DNA of 64,000 nt. It comes from Shigella phage Sf16. The first letter of the stretch is position 1, and the number at the start of each line of letters is the position of its first letter. Of this stretch, positions 1 to 13,651 are shown one piece after another. Both the position numbers and the translations under genes were made by a program. The notes below the pieces were generated by a model. That model saw only the letters and a list, made by a program, of their open reading frames with translations, was not told the DNA's origin and ran no database searches. The DNA lies in the sequence record MF158043; one strand, 5' to 3'.

Positions 1-63
1 AGAAGGGACTGCTAAAACTCCTTCAGCTAAAGACCCAAGTACAGCTAATAAGGCAAACAAATA

Positions 64-564
64 ATGGCAGAAGTTATCTCTATTTCCAATGCTACGCGAG
101 TGCATTCTTATAGAGGTGTCTTAATTATCACTGATGAATTAACTGTAGAGGCTGGCTCAAGGGTCAGCCTTTCAGGGTATGTTAGTGATGGTGGAACCTC
201 TGACGTTTTCACTATTTGCAGGTTACTTGATGCTCCAATGAGCGGAAAACAGTTTATTTCAAACAATTGTAACGAAATTGTTAAAATTCCATTTGACAGT
301 TCATGCCTTTTGGGTGTAAAGTTATATAACTGTGAGAATAAACGTGTTAACGTTAATAGTGTTGAAGCTGCATTCATTACCATTGATACAGCATTTCAAT
401 CTCCAATGACAGTAAATAAAGAGTCTAACAGACTTGAGTACATTTTTTCACAAAATGATTACAAAGTACTTGTCAAAGGTAAAGTTTATGATATGATTGT
501 AAATGTGGTAGATGAATCTGGTAACCATTCAACAATCCTTAAACAAAAAGTAAGGTTTAATTAA
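64..564 (+). CDS. hypothetical head-module protein
   Basis: 166-aa ORF with ATG start, directly upstream of prohead protease; no recognisable motif. Confidence 0.4.
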   Translation: MAEVISISNATRVHSYRGVLIITDELTVEAGSRVSLSGYVSDGGTSDVFTICRLLDAPMSGKQFISNNCNEIVKIPFDSSCLLGVKLYNCENKRVNVNSVEAAFITIDTAFQSPMTVNKESNRLEYIFSQNDYKVLVKGKVYDMIVNVVDESGNHSTILKQKVRFN

Positions 565-896
565 TGGGAACATTAACGATTGATGGTAAGAATAAAATCC
601 TAGCCACACTAACCCCGACAACTATTGTATTACACAATGTAGACCCAACGGCAGACCCTACAGCAAACAAGGTTACTCAGCCAGTGGCTATCTTCTTCTC
701 AGAACCTAATAATGGATTAATTGCCTCAGAAGACACAGTTAATATTACTGTTCCGGCTTCTGCTACAGTTTCTCATTTTAGCTTATGGGATGACAACTCT
801 AAGTGCGTGGCAACAGGTGCTCTAAGTAGCTCTCAGTTCTTTGCTGAAGAAGGAATTTATGTTATCTCTTCAGTATCCATTGACTTAAATAAATAG
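564..896 (+). CDS. hypothetical head-module protein
   Basis: 110-aa ORF, start overlaps upstream stop (ATGA coupling). Confidence 0.4.
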   Translation: MGTLTIDGKNKILATLTPTTIVLHNVDPTADPTANKVTQPVAIFFSEPNNGLIASEDTVNITVPASATVSHFSLWDDNSKCVATGALSSSQFFAEEGIYVISSVSIDLNK

Positions 897-907
897 GGTG
901 AGTAAAA

Positions 908-2257
908 ATGAGTTCGAATATCTTCAGACTTGCTGACAGATTATTCAACCAACCTTTACTAGCTACAGAATCATTAGCCCACTCAGCAGCGACTTATGTT
1001 AATAACCGCTTGTTAGGTGAGGTACAAGCAGCAGTAAACTTCGATAAGCCAAAAGGTGAAGCAAGAAGTCTTTTAAAAGTTAAAGAAGACATTGCTATCA
1101 TCCCTATTATGGGTGGCCTAACACATCGTATGACCTTCATGGATGCAATGTGTACTGGTGGACTAAGTTCTTATGAAGGTTTACGCAGAGGCTTTGACGA
1201 AGCCCTAGCAGATGAGTCTATTAAGACTATCGTGCTGCACGTTGATTCAGGTGGTGGTGAAGCGTCAGGTTGTTTTGAGTTGGCACGTCACATCATGGCT
1301 TCAAGAGGCCAAAAGAAAATTATTGCTTATGTAGATGAGTTTGCTTGCTCTGCTGCATACGCTCTTGCATCTTCCGCTGAAGAAATTATTGCATCACCAG
1401 ATGCAGATGTTGGTTCAATTGGTGTGATTATGGTTCACCAAGAATTAACTAAAGCATTTGAAAAGAATGGCGTAACTATTAACGTTATTAAAGCTGGTGA
1501 ATTTAAAGGTATGGGTTCCCCATTCCAAGCATTATCAGAAGAAAGCAAGAATAGACTTCAAAAGAGAATTGATGACACCTACAAGACTTTTACTAGTTTT
1601 GTTGCAGACTCACGTAATATCTCTGAAGAAGCTGTAAAGAATACTGAGGCGAATGTTTATTCTGCTCAGGAAGCTCTTGAACTTGGTTTAATTAACTCTA
1701 TCATGTCTCAAGATGATTTCTTAAATTACTTACAAGGTTCTGAAGAAGCTCCTGTAAGTTTAAACACAAACAATTCAGGTGAAGAAATGACTGAACAAGA
1801 AAAGCAAGAACTAGAAGCTCTGCGTCTTCAGGTTGCTCAAATGAAAGCTAAGGAACAGGAAGCAGTTCTTACAGATTTAACTGGTAAGATTTCTGCATCT
1901 GCTGAAGCTTTTGGGTTTGATGCAAAAGAAGCTGCAACAACTATTTTAGGTGCTGGTCTTGACAACCCTCTGAGTGTTCTGTTTATGAATGCTATGGAAG
2001 GTGCTAACCAGAAACTTAATGAAACTATCGCGTCCCATGCTTCTGCCATGTCTGAGAAGGATTCTGAAATCACTAAGCTGAAAGAAGCTGCTGGTGCTGT
2101 TCTGGAACACTCAAACGCTATGGAAGAACTTGGCAATGACGGCGAAGCAGAAGTGGATGATGGTAAAGATACCACTCCAGAAGCAAATGTTAATGCTAAC
2201 GCTGACCAACGCAAACTGGCTCTCCAGAATGCTTTGAATACTCTTATCAAGAAATAA
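908..2257 (+). CDS. prohead protease, S49/SppA (ClpP-fold) family, with C-terminal coiled-coil scaffold-like region
   Basis: motifs IPIMGG...VLHVDSGGGEASG...IAYVDEFACSAAYALAS typical of S49 peptidases (lambda gpC-like); Glu/Ala/Lys-rich C-terminus; position before capsid gene. Confidence 0.7.
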   Translation: MSSNIFRLADRLFNQPLLATESLAHSAATYVNNRLLGEVQAAVNFDKPKGEARSLLKVKEDIAIIPIMGGLTHRMTFMDAMCTGGLSSYEGLRRGFDEALADESIKTIVLHVDSGGGEASGCFELARHIMASRGQKKIIAYVDEFACSAAYALASSAEEIIASPDADVGSIGVIMVHQELTKAFEKNGVTINVIKAGEFKGMGSPFQALSEESKNRLQKRIDDTYKTFTSFVADSRNISEEAVKNTEANVYSAQEALELGLINSIMSQDDFLNYLQGSEEAPVSLNTNNSGEEMTEQEKQELEALRLQVAQMKAKEQEAVLTDLTGKISASAEAFGFDAKEAATTILGAGLDNPLSVLFMNAMEGANQKLNETIASHASAMSEKDSEITKLKEAAGAVLEHSNAMEELGNDGEAEVDDGKDTTPEANVNANADQRKLALQNALNTLIKK

Positions 2258-2269
2258 GGAACACAAATA

Positions 2270-2647
2270 ATGGCATATCAAGGTTTTACTAAATTAGGTG
2301 AAAGAGAACCTCTTAACGATATTATCCTTTGGGAAGAAATTACCCCAACTGGTCACTCTCGTAAAGAGTACGCTCCAGTAGCAAGCACAGAATACCGTGT
2401 TGGTGAAGTTCTGAAGGCTGACGGCTCTAAAGTAGCTGCTGGTCAAGAAGCTCAGGCAGATTCTGTATGTATCGTTAACTTCTATGCAGACCTGCAACTG
2501 TCTTATCATGGTCAGTTAAAAGTCGTTGGTATCTACCGTGACGCTGAACTGAAAGACTTGCTGAAGCTAGAGAGTGGCGTTGATGCTGCTGCTGTCAAGT
2601 CTGCTCTTAAGGCGAAAGGTATTGATTTCGTCCCAACTGGCCTGTAA
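2270..2647 (+). CDS. putative head decoration protein
   Basis: 125-aa ORF between protease and major capsid gene, as in lambda D position; assignment by position only. Confidence 0.35.
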   Translation: MAYQGFTKLGEREPLNDIILWEEITPTGHSRKEYAPVASTEYRVGEVLKADGSKVAAGQEAQADSVCIVNFYADLQLSYHGQLKVVGIYRDAELKDLLKLESGVDAAAVKSALKAKGIDFVPTGL

Positions 2648-2678
2648 TTAATAATAAGACATTCTGGAGAATTTTACA

Positions 2679-3782
2679 ATGTTGACTAATTCTGAAAAAA
2701 GCAGATTTTTCCTTGCTGACTTAACTGGTGAAGTCCAGTCTATTCCAAATACTTACGGATATATCTCTGGTCTGGGACTGTTCCGTTCTGCTCCACAAAC
2801 ACAGACTACTTTCCTGATGGACTTGACTGATTGGGATATCAGCTTACTGGATGCGGTAGACCGTACCAGCCGTAAAGCTGAGACTAGCGCTCCTGAGCGT
2901 GTTCGTCAGATTAGCTTCCCGATGATGTACTTCAAGGAAGTTGAAAGCATCACTCCTGATGAGATTCAGGGTGTTCGTCAGCCAGGCACTGCAAATGAAC
3001 TGACTACTGAAGCAGTTGTACGTGCTAAGAAGCTGATGAAGATTCGTACCAAGTTTGACATTACTCGTGAGTTCTTGTTTATGCAAGCTCTGAAGGGTAA
3101 AGTTATCGACGCTAACGGTGTTCTGTACGCAGACCTGTACAAGCAGTTCGATGTAACTAAGAAGACTATCTACTTCGACTTGGACAACCCGAACTCTGAT
3201 ATCGATGCGCACATTGAAGACCTGCGTATGCACATGGAAGATGAAGCTAAGACAGGTACTGTAATCAACGGTGAAGAAATTCACATCGTTGTTGACAGAA
3301 CTTTCTTCAGCAAGCTTATCAAGCATCCTAAGATTCGTGACGCATACCTTGCACAGCAGACTCCGCTGGCTTGGCAACAGATTACTGGTTCTCTGAGAAC
3401 TGGTGGTACTGACGGTGTTCAGGCTCACATGAACCGTTTCTACTACGGTGGTGTTGTATTCGTACAGTACAACGGTAAGTTCAAAGACAAGCGTGGTAAG
3501 ACTCATACTCTGGTTAGCATTGACGGTGTATCTGATACTAATGTTGGTGTAGGTCACGCATTCCCTAACGTAGCAATGTTAGGTGAAGCTAACAACATCT
3601 TCGAAGTTGCTTACGCTCCATGTCCTAAGATGGGTTATGCAAACACTCTGGGTCAGGAACTGTATGTGTTCGAATATGAGAAAGACCGTGACGAAGGTAT
3701 TGACTTCGAAGCCCACTCTTACATGCTGCCATACTGCACACGTCCTCAACTGCTTGTTGACGTTCGTTCAGACGCTGAGTAA
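2679..3782 (+). CDS. major capsid protein (lambda gpE-like)
   Basis: 367-aa ORF following protease and decoration-like gene, strong RBS, size and order match E-type capsid genes. Confidence 0.65.
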   Translation: MLTNSEKSRFFLADLTGEVQSIPNTYGYISGLGLFRSAPQTQTTFLMDLTDWDISLLDAVDRTSRKAETSAPERVRQISFPMMYFKEVESITPDEIQGVRQPGTANELTTEAVVRAKKLMKIRTKFDITREFLFMQALKGKVIDANGVLYADLYKQFDVTKKTIYFDLDNPNSDIDAHIEDLRMHMEDEAKTGTVINGEEIHIVVDRTFFSKLIKHPKIRDAYLAQQTPLAWQQITGSLRTGGTDGVQAHMNRFYYGGVVFVQYNGKFKDKRGKTHTLVSIDGVSDTNVGVGHAFPNVAMLGEANNIFEVAYAPCPKMGYANTLGQELYVFEYEKDRDEGIDFEAHSYMLPYCTRPQLLVDVRSDAE

Positions 3783-3804
3783 TAACTTGAAAGGAGGGTT
3801 ATAA

Positions 3805-4254
3805 ATGTGTTATACAGGCGACCCCGCTAATAACCCTCTTGATAGAGTTCGAATCCTCTGCACCGACACTGACAACAATGAAATCCTCATTGACCAATCG
3901 GTGCTAGAGTGGTTCTACCAAGAATCTGGAAAGGATGAAAAGAAAGCAGCCATCAAAGCTCTTAAATATTTACTCTTTCAAGTAGCCAAGATGGGAGATG
4001 AGAAAGTTGGTGGTGTTTATTTACGAAACTCTTCCAGATTCAAATCTCTGAAAGCTGTCTATGACGACCTAGTTAAAAGCTCTGTTAGTGGCCTCCCTTA
4101 TGCGGGGGGTATTAACCAGTGTGATATTGATATGCGTCGTCAAAATCCTTGCTCTGTCAAGAAATATACTGAATATGGCGATGCTGTTAGATACTACGGT
4201 AGAGATTACTGTGAACGTGTCAATGGTGTATTTATTATCGAGCGAGATGAATAA
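3805..4254 (+). CDS. hypothetical head-tail joining protein
   Basis: 149-aa ORF, RBS aaggagg upstream, between capsid and sheath genes. Confidence 0.35.
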   Translation: MCYTGDPANNPLDRVRILCTDTDNNEILIDQSVLEWFYQESGKDEKKAAIKALKYLLFQVAKMGDEKVGGVYLRNSSRFKSLKAVYDDLVKSSVSGLPYAGGINQCDIDMRRQNPCSVKKYTEYGDAVRYYGRDYCERVNGVFIIERDE

Positions 4255-4736
4255 TGGTTAAAAGGGTTATTCACCCCGCTAGAGCTAAATTAGTCGGGGC
4301 TATGAAGAACTTGCATACGGCTAATGCTCAAGTTGGGTATTTTCAGGAACAAGGTCAACATAGCTCTGGTTTTTCTTACTCTGCTTTAATGTACTTGCAT
4401 GAAGTTATTGGTGTACCAGCAGCTTCAGGTAAAGTATATCGTAGGTTGTTTGAAATTACTATGATGTTACACAGACAGACCTTGTTAGAGCAGACTAAGA
4501 AGAATCTCTATAAGCAATTAAACAGTCTTAATACTGACCCCTCAGATACTTTAGAAGCATTTGCAAAGAGTGCTCAGAAAGCAATTAAAAGAGGTTTTGG
4601 TAATACGGCTATATTGCCTCCTAACGCTCCATCTACAGTTAAAAAGAAAGGCTTCAATGCCCCTCTTGTGGAAACTGGAGATTTACGAGATAGCCTTGCT
4701 TATAAAATCTCTACTAAGAAAGGTATTAAAAAATGA
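4254..4736 (+). CDS. hypothetical head-tail joining protein
   Basis: 160-aa ORF with overlapping start/stop. Confidence 0.35.
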   Translation: MVKRVIHPARAKLVGAMKNLHTANAQVGYFQEQGQHSSGFSYSALMYLHEVIGVPAASGKVYRRLFEITMMLHRQTLLEQTKKNLYKQLNSLNTDPSDTLEAFAKSAQKAIKRGFGNTAILPPNAPSTVKKKGFNAPLVETGDLRDSLAYKISTKKGIKK

Positions 4737-5134
4737 GACTCTTAAATAGACACAGCTTTGTAGTTAAAAGAAAGGTATCTGAAGATGGTCATTACAATGA
4801 AGATGGTGATTGGGTAGCTTCACAGGATGTTGTATCAATTAACTGCAAAGGTAATATTCAACCTTATATTAAGGGTTCTGTAAAGAATGGTACACAGATT
4901 GTTTTACCTGAAGGTATCAGACTAACAGATACAAGAATCCTTTTCACTGTAGCTGAGTTAAGAACGTCTGATGATGTTGATTGGACTGAAGCTGATATTG
5001 TCATGATTAAGGGACACGAATACGAAGTCTTTATGACAATGGATTGGTCTGAACAATTAGCTCACACATCCCATTATGAGTATATCATTATTAGAAGGGA
5101 TAAGATGAATGCAGTTAGAAACAGCAGAACTTGA
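4733..5134 (+). CDS. hypothetical head-tail joining protein
   Basis: 133-aa ORF with overlapping start/stop. Confidence 0.35.
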   Translation: MRLLNRHSFVVKRKVSEDGHYNEDGDWVASQDVVSINCKGNIQPYIKGSVKNGTQIVLPEGIRLTDTRILFTVAELRTSDDVDWTEADIVMIKGHEYEVFMTMDWSEQLAHTSHYEYIIIRRDKMNAVRNSRT

Positions 5135-5708
5135 GAAAGGTATTGTCCGAGTTTTGGTTGATGTTATTGGTCACCGTCTAGCGAGAGACAAGAATAACAG
5201 ACCAAATGTTATCAGGGCTTACCCTTCAGATAATTCCAATGATAAAGGTCTGAAACCAGACCAACCTTTTATTACAGTATACTGTCAAGATGCTACCACA
5301 CCTTATGGTTGGGTTCTTGATAAGTTCGTGGAAGATGATGCAGTTTGTTACAGAATTGCTTTCCAGATTCCTGTACTGATTACTGTAAATGGTAAAGGTG
5401 CTCACAGTATTATGCTTGAGCTAAAACAAAGATTAGAGATGAGTACTACAAGAGATTATCTAGCTGACATGACAGGTGCTTCAGTACTTGATACAGGGGC
5501 TATCCCGAATGATTATACTTATCTCAACACAGATTTTGAAAATTCTGCACCTCTTGTTGTAACCCTTGTAAAAAATTCAGTATTAAAAGATGAACGTGGA
5601 AGTATTATTGAACGTGTCATTGTGGATGGTGAATTGGTTTACGAGGAAGGACAGGAGCCACCAGAATATACTATCCATCTAGATGTAGACTCCAAAGGGG
5701 TAAAATAA
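5109..5708 (+). CDS. hypothetical neck/tail completion protein
   Basis: 199-aa ORF immediately upstream of sheath gene. Confidence 0.35.
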   Translation: MQLETAELEKGIVRVLVDVIGHRLARDKNNRPNVIRAYPSDNSNDKGLKPDQPFITVYCQDATTPYGWVLDKFVEDDAVCYRIAFQIPVLITVNGKGAHSIMLELKQRLEMSTTRDYLADMTGASVLDTGAIPNDYTYLNTDFENSAPLVVTLVKNSVLKDERGSIIERVIVDGELVYEEGQEPPEYTIHLDVDSKGVK

Positions 5709-7061
5709 ATGTGGAATCCAATTGTTAATGTAGATATTACATTGAACACAGCAGGAACTACAAGAGAAGGTTTTGGTTTACCATTATTCCTTGCTTCAAC
5801 AGATAACTTTGAAGAAAGAATCCGTGGTTACACTTCATTAACAGAAGTAGCCGAAGACTTTGATGAAAGTACTGCTGCGTATAAAGCTGCAAAACAGCTA
5901 TGGAGCCAAACTCCAAAAGTAACTCAACTGTATATTGGTAGAAGAACTATGCAATATACTGTTTCTATTCCTGATACAGTGGCTGAAGGAAGTGAATATT
6001 CATTGACAGTTGCTATCGGTGGTGGTGTTTCTCAGCCATTCCAATACACTGCAAAAGAAAATGACACAGCACTTATTGTCTTGAATGAGTTTAAATCACA
6101 GATTGAAGCAAGCCCAACAATTAAAGATGGTGTTAATGCTAGTGTAACAGGTACTGGTGCTTCTGCGACGATGATTATTACTAAAGCTGGTGATAATGAC
6201 TTCGTAAAAGTAACGTCCATTACACCTACAACGTCTATTGCAGCAACAACTGCTGACACGGCTTCCGCTGCTCTGGCATCCATTGAAACATATTCAACAG
6301 ATTGGTACTTCATCTCAGCAGAAGACAGAACTCAACAGTTTGTCTTGGCAATGGCTTCAGAGATTCAGGCGCGTAAGAAGATTTTCTTCACAGCTAATGC
6401 TGACGTTAAGGCTCTGCAAGGCACTGATTTGACCTCTGCAACAGATGTTCCGGCACAGTTAGCTAAGAGCAAGTACACTCGTACAGTTTGCTTGTGGCAT
6501 CACACAGCCGAGTTTGACTACCCAGAAATGGCTTACATCGCATATGGTGCCCCATATGATGCAGGCTCAATTGCTTGGGGTAACGCCCAATTAACTGGTG
6601 TTGCAGCATCTCTACAACCTGCTAACCAGAGACCACTGATAAGCATTCAGAAGTCAGCTTTAGACACTCGTAGCTGTAACTTCATTGACCTCGATGGTGG
6701 GGTTCCTGTAGTGCGCAGAGGTATCACTTCTGGTGGTGAATGGATTGATATTGTACGTGGTGTTGATTGGCTTGAATCTGATTTGAAAACATCTCTGAGA
6801 GACTTGCTAATTAATCAGAAGGGTGGTAAGATTACTTATGATGATACTGGTATTACCCGTATTCGTCAGGTCATTGAAACATCTCTTCAGCGAGCAGTTA
6901 ACAGAAAATTTTTGTCAACTTACACCGTTACTGTTCCTAAAGCCTCACAAGTTGCATTGGCAGATAAGAAAGCACGTATCCTGAAAGACATTACCTTCCA
7001 CGGTATTCTTGCAGGGGCTATCTTGGATGTTGACTTGAAAGGCACAGTGGCTTACGAATAA
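5709..7061 (+). CDS. tail sheath protein
   Basis: 450-aa ORF directly followed by a small tube-size ORF and a strong terminator; size and order typical of contractile tails. Confidence 0.5.
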   Translation: MWNPIVNVDITLNTAGTTREGFGLPLFLASTDNFEERIRGYTSLTEVAEDFDESTAAYKAAKQLWSQTPKVTQLYIGRRTMQYTVSIPDTVAEGSEYSLTVAIGGGVSQPFQYTAKENDTALIVLNEFKSQIEASPTIKDGVNASVTGTGASATMIITKAGDNDFVKVTSITPTTSIAATTADTASAALASIETYSTDWYFISAEDRTQQFVLAMASEIQARKKIFFTANADVKALQGTDLTSATDVPAQLAKSKYTRTVCLWHHTAEFDYPEMAYIAYGAPYDAGSIAWGNAQLTGVAASLQPANQRPLISIQKSALDTRSCNFIDLDGGVPVVRRGITSGGEWIDIVRGVDWLESDLKTSLRDLLINQKGGKITYDDTGITRIRQVIETSLQRAVNRKFLSTYTVTVPKASQVALADKKARILKDITFHGILAGAILDVDLKGTVAYE

Positions 7062-7075
7062 AGGAGTAATTAGGA

Positions 7076-7522
7076 ATGGCTATGTATCAGCAATATTCCC
7101 CTAAAGATGTAGTTTGTAGCTGGAATGGCATTGCCATTGAAGGTTTTGCACCAGACTCATTCTTGCGTCTTCAGAGAACTTCTCCACTTGTTACGCCAGT
7201 TGTAGGTGCAGGTGGTCAAGTAGCTCTGACAAGAAATGCAGACAAGACAGGTACGATTGAGATTGAGCTAATGCAGACTTCTCTATCAAACCAGATGCTT
7301 TCTGCAATTCAAGCTAAACAAGATGACATGGAACTTGAAGAAGATATCTCATCTAACTTTGTAATTTACGACCCATCTGGTTCAGTTCTGGCAACAGGTA
7401 TTAATGCTTGGTTGCAAGAGCTTCCACAGATTGAATTAGGTCGTGACCAGAACTCGAAAACTTGGATTTTCGGTTGTGAGAAGTTAGACTACACTTCAAC
7501 AATCCCTGCGTCAAGCGTTTAA
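7076..7522 (+). CDS. tail tube protein
   Basis: 148-aa ORF after sheath gene, followed by a terminator. Confidence 0.5.
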   Translation: MAMYQQYSPKDVVCSWNGIAIEGFAPDSFLRLQRTSPLVTPVVGAGGQVALTRNADKTGTIEIELMQTSLSNQMLSAIQAKQDDMELEEDISSNFVIYDPSGSVLATGINAWLQELPQIELGRDQNSKTWIFGCEKLDYTSTIPASSV

Positions 7523-7535
7523 CAAATCCTAATAA

Positions 7536-7570
7536 GGGGGAGACTGTAAAAGGTCTTCCCCTTTTGTGTT
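7536..7570 (+). terminator. rho-independent terminator after tail tube gene
   Basis: GGGGGAGACU-guaaaa-GGUCUUCCCC hairpin followed by UUUUGUGUUUUU. Confidence 0.6.
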
Positions 7571-7598
7571 TTTATAGCATAACTTTTAAGGAATCACA

Positions 7599-8000
7599 AT
7601 GAAGACTGAAACTAAAATGATTAACGGCAAGAAGGTAACTATTATTCTTCTTGGAGCAAGAGATGGTATCCGTATCTCTATGAAACTTGGTAAAGCAGTT
7701 GTACCAGCATTTGCACAGATGTTCTCTGGTTTAACCTCTAAAGATGGGGAAGCTAAAATCCCATTTAAAGAACTCGTTGAAGCTTGCTTTGAAAAGGTTG
7801 ACGAACTAGATATTGATGCAATGGCAGAGACACTATTTCAGGGGGCAACAGTTAACGACTTCCCACTGAAAATTGATAGTTACTTCCAAGCGAACTACGG
7901 TGAATTTATTGACTTCTTAGCTTTTGCTTTGGAGGCAAACTTCGGAAGTTTTTTCGAGGCAAGCATTTTCAAAAGCCTAACTTCTCAGCAGGAAGCTTAA
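7599..8000 (+). CDS. tail assembly chaperone (G-like)
   Basis: 133-aa ORF immediately upstream of tape measure gene. Confidence 0.5.
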   Translation: MKTETKMINGKKVTIILLGARDGIRISMKLGKAVVPAFAQMFSGLTSKDGEAKIPFKELVEACFEKVDELDIDAMAETLFQGATVNDFPLKIDSYFQANYGEFIDFLAFALEANFGSFFEASIFKSLTSQQEA

Positions 8001-8236
8001 GTTATTCTATGCAGACCCCGCTGACTGACGGGGCTGTAAAGGCAACTTATGATGAAGCAGATGAGATGAAATTTGTGCTTGCTATTTATGGTATGGATGG
8101 GTGTAAAGAAACACTCAACCAACTTTTTGATATGACCTTCGTTGATTTATTATCTCTACGTCAGTATTTAGAAATCCAGAAGTCATATAAAGAAGAAATG
8201 GCTTACAACGAACTCAGAAAAGCAGGTAAAATTTAA
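7599..8236 (+). CDS. tail assembly chaperone GT-like fusion via programmed -1 frameshift
   Basis: the -1 frame is open from 7880 to 8236, overlapping the 3-prime end of the G ORF; slippery heptamer T_TTT_TTC at 7949-7955 is in the zero frame. Confidence 0.45.
7949..7955 (+). promoter_or_regulatory. -1 ribosomal frameshift slippery site (UUUUUUC)
   Basis: X_XXY_YYZ heptamer in frame of the 7599 ORF, inside the two-frame overlap. Confidence 0.5.
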
Positions 8237-10472
8237 TGGCACAATATACAGTTGATAGTTTTATTGTTGAACTTGGATTCAGTGAAAAGGTTATTAAGGG
8301 TTTGCAAAGAGTTGAGAAAATGGCTATGCAGTCTGCTCAACGTATCGAACGCAATATCAATAAAGCCTTTGATGTGAAGCCTAATAGAAGTTCACAAGAC
8401 GCTCTAAACAGACTTGTAAAAAACGCTCAGACTGCTTCAGGCAGAATCAATAAATCCCTAAACAATGCTATGAATTTAGATTCACAAGGTGTAAAATCAC
8501 TTCGTAGATTAGAAACACAGGGTAAGAAAACAGCCAAAGAAATTAATAAGGCTCTAAGACAAGCTATGAATGTTGAAGGTAAAGTCAATGTTCGTGGTGG
8601 AGTTGGTAGAGGCCGTGGTAATACTATCCCTCCGGTTGGAGGTGGTGGTTCACCTAGAGTCAGACCTGATATTGCTCAAAGACAGATGGAAAGAATGTTT
8701 AACAACAACTTCTATTCTGGTTTGACTCGTCGTCTTGAAACAATTGGTGGACAAGGCAACCAAATGGCTACTTCCTTCAGAGGAAGCTTACAAGGAATCT
8801 ATAATAAGTACAAAGGTAGTGGTAAAGTTGGTGAGTATGAGATGGAAGTTAAGAAACTCATTGACACTACCAAACGTTGGGTTATTGCAGAAAATGCTAG
8901 ACTTAAGGCAGTCAGAGAGTCAGCTTGGTTACAAGACAGAGCAAACTCTTCACTAAGACAGCTTGTAGGTGGTTTTGTTTCAGCGTATGCTATGCTGGAA
9001 TTAGCTCAGAAGACTATTGATGCAGGTGTAAAGAGACAGTCTGCACAGTTAGCCTCAACAGCTATCTTTGGAGGGGATACACAGCAAGCGAGAATGTTCG
9101 CTGCTACGTTCTCTCACCAGATTGGTCAGAACTACACAGACACTATGAAGCAGTACTCAAACTTCGCTGCTGGTGCTCAACCAGAGTTAGGTTTCCAAGG
9201 GACTCAAGAGTTCTATAAGAATGCTGCTATGTTCTCACGTATTCGTGGTGCTTCTGATGAAGACTTGAAAGGTATCATGGTTGCTTTCCAGCAAATGGCA
9301 TCTAAAGGTAAGATTCAGGCTGAAGAACTTCGTGGACAGTTAGGTGACCGTTTGGCAGGTGCTGTTCAGTTATTCTCTGATGCTATTGGTAAAACTCCAC
9401 AAGAACTTGACAAGATGATGAAAGATGGTCAGCTTCTTGCAAAAGACGTTCTACCAAAAGTCTCAGAAAAAATGAGAGAGCTTGTTGAAGCAGCAGGTGG
9501 TATGAATGCAGTTTCTAAGCAGACAGCTACCTCTATGGGTCAAGCAAAGGCAATGTGGGATAACACCCTTGTAGCTTTGTTTAACAACTCTAGCGAAGGT
9601 ATCTCACAACTCTCTAACTCAGTTGCAATGTTCTTGCAAGGTTCCCTTGGTACATCTGAAGCACTTGGTACAGGTATTGGTTACCTTTTAAAAGGTGCTA
9701 GTAACCTTCTAGACTTCGTGACAGATATCATGTACCGCATTTCTTCATTATACTATACCTCAATGGGCTATTTCAAGGAATTAGATGCTAGTCAACAGAA
9801 ACTAATCAAGGATTCTGCTGAGTTAGTTGCTACGTTCACCGCTATTGGTGTCTCAATTGCAGCTATTACAAAAGTCGCTAAAATCTTTGGTGGTACTGTA
9901 GCATTTGTCAAGAGTATCTTTGAAGAAGGTATCTTAGCTAAGATTGCACAGAAGTTTGGATTAACTACAGCAGCAGAAACAGCAGCTACAACGGCTGGTG
10001 TATCAGCAACCAGAATGGCTCTTGGTGTAGGTGGTTCTGCATTAATGTTATCTGGTTCAGTTGACAAGAATGCTGGAAAGAGATTTAACGAGGTTAACAC
10101 ACCTAATCCTTTCAATGAAGCTATCTCAGGAATCACTAATCCAAAACGTCCAATGTTCTTTGACCAGAATGGACAACTTCAGTTTGCACAATATACCACA
10201 GACACTTCTGGAAATATTCAGAGAGTTGATAATGGTTTGTCAAATTGGGATATTATCATGAACAACCTGTCTGAGTCTCTAAATAACTTTGCAAACAAGT
10301 TTAACCAGACACCTATGATGATGACTCCTTCTGGACTACCATTGCAAACTAAGCAGACGCTTAACGTTTCCTTTAATCTGGATGGTAAGCAGATTGCTAC
10401 TAAGATGGTGGATATCACTGATAAGAGTCAGGAAGATATTCTGTTAAACTCTAGCTACCCAGAGGATGAATA

Positions 10473-10473
<1 letters not shown>
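8236..10473 (+). CDS. tail tape measure protein
   Basis: 745-aa ORF, coiled-coil-rich N-terminus, Gly-rich segments, hydrophobic central stretch; follows chaperone pair. Confidence 0.7.
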
Positions 10474-13234
<2,761 letters not shown>

Positions 13235-13235
<1 letters not shown>

Positions 13236-13651
13236 TGAAAACAGATTTTGCAATCAATCTTGGTGGTGACTACGTAGCTAAATTAGGAAATGATTCTGTA
13301 TACGTTGCTCACGGAGATTTAAAAATTACGGGTAATCAGATTAGAATTATCCCAGAAGACGATAAAGCTACTCAGGTAGCTCAAAGATTACATATTAGGT
13401 GTCTTCTAAGGGCTGGAGAAGTATTCTTTAATACATCTGCTGGATTCCCTTATTTACAGCTTGCTAAGTTCAAGCAGAAGACCTCTATTTTTGATAATTA
13501 TATGAAAGGTTACCTTGTTGAAACGAGAGATGTAACAAACATCTACAACTACTCTTCAACAATGGATAATGCAATGAGAAAAGTGTCAGTCAGATTTAAT
13601 GCAACGACAACTGCTGACGATGTTGAAATTAATACAGAGGTAAACATTTAA
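13235..13651 (+). CDS. putative baseplate wedge small subunit (gpW/gp25-like)
   Basis: 138-aa ORF, gene order. Confidence 0.35.

Noticed and set aside
2844-3557. Long antisense ORFs inside structural and replication genes (e.g. 2844-3557, 108-383, 1837-2250, 9792-10136, 28702-29142)
   Set aside because: Each is fully embedded antisense in a stronger, motif-supported gene and lacks a start context; typical shadow ORFs.
3840-3860. tRNA-like T-loop string GAGTTCGAATCC
   Set aside because: Flanking bases do not form a T-stem or acceptor stem, and it lies inside a well-supported protein-coding ORF (3805-4254).
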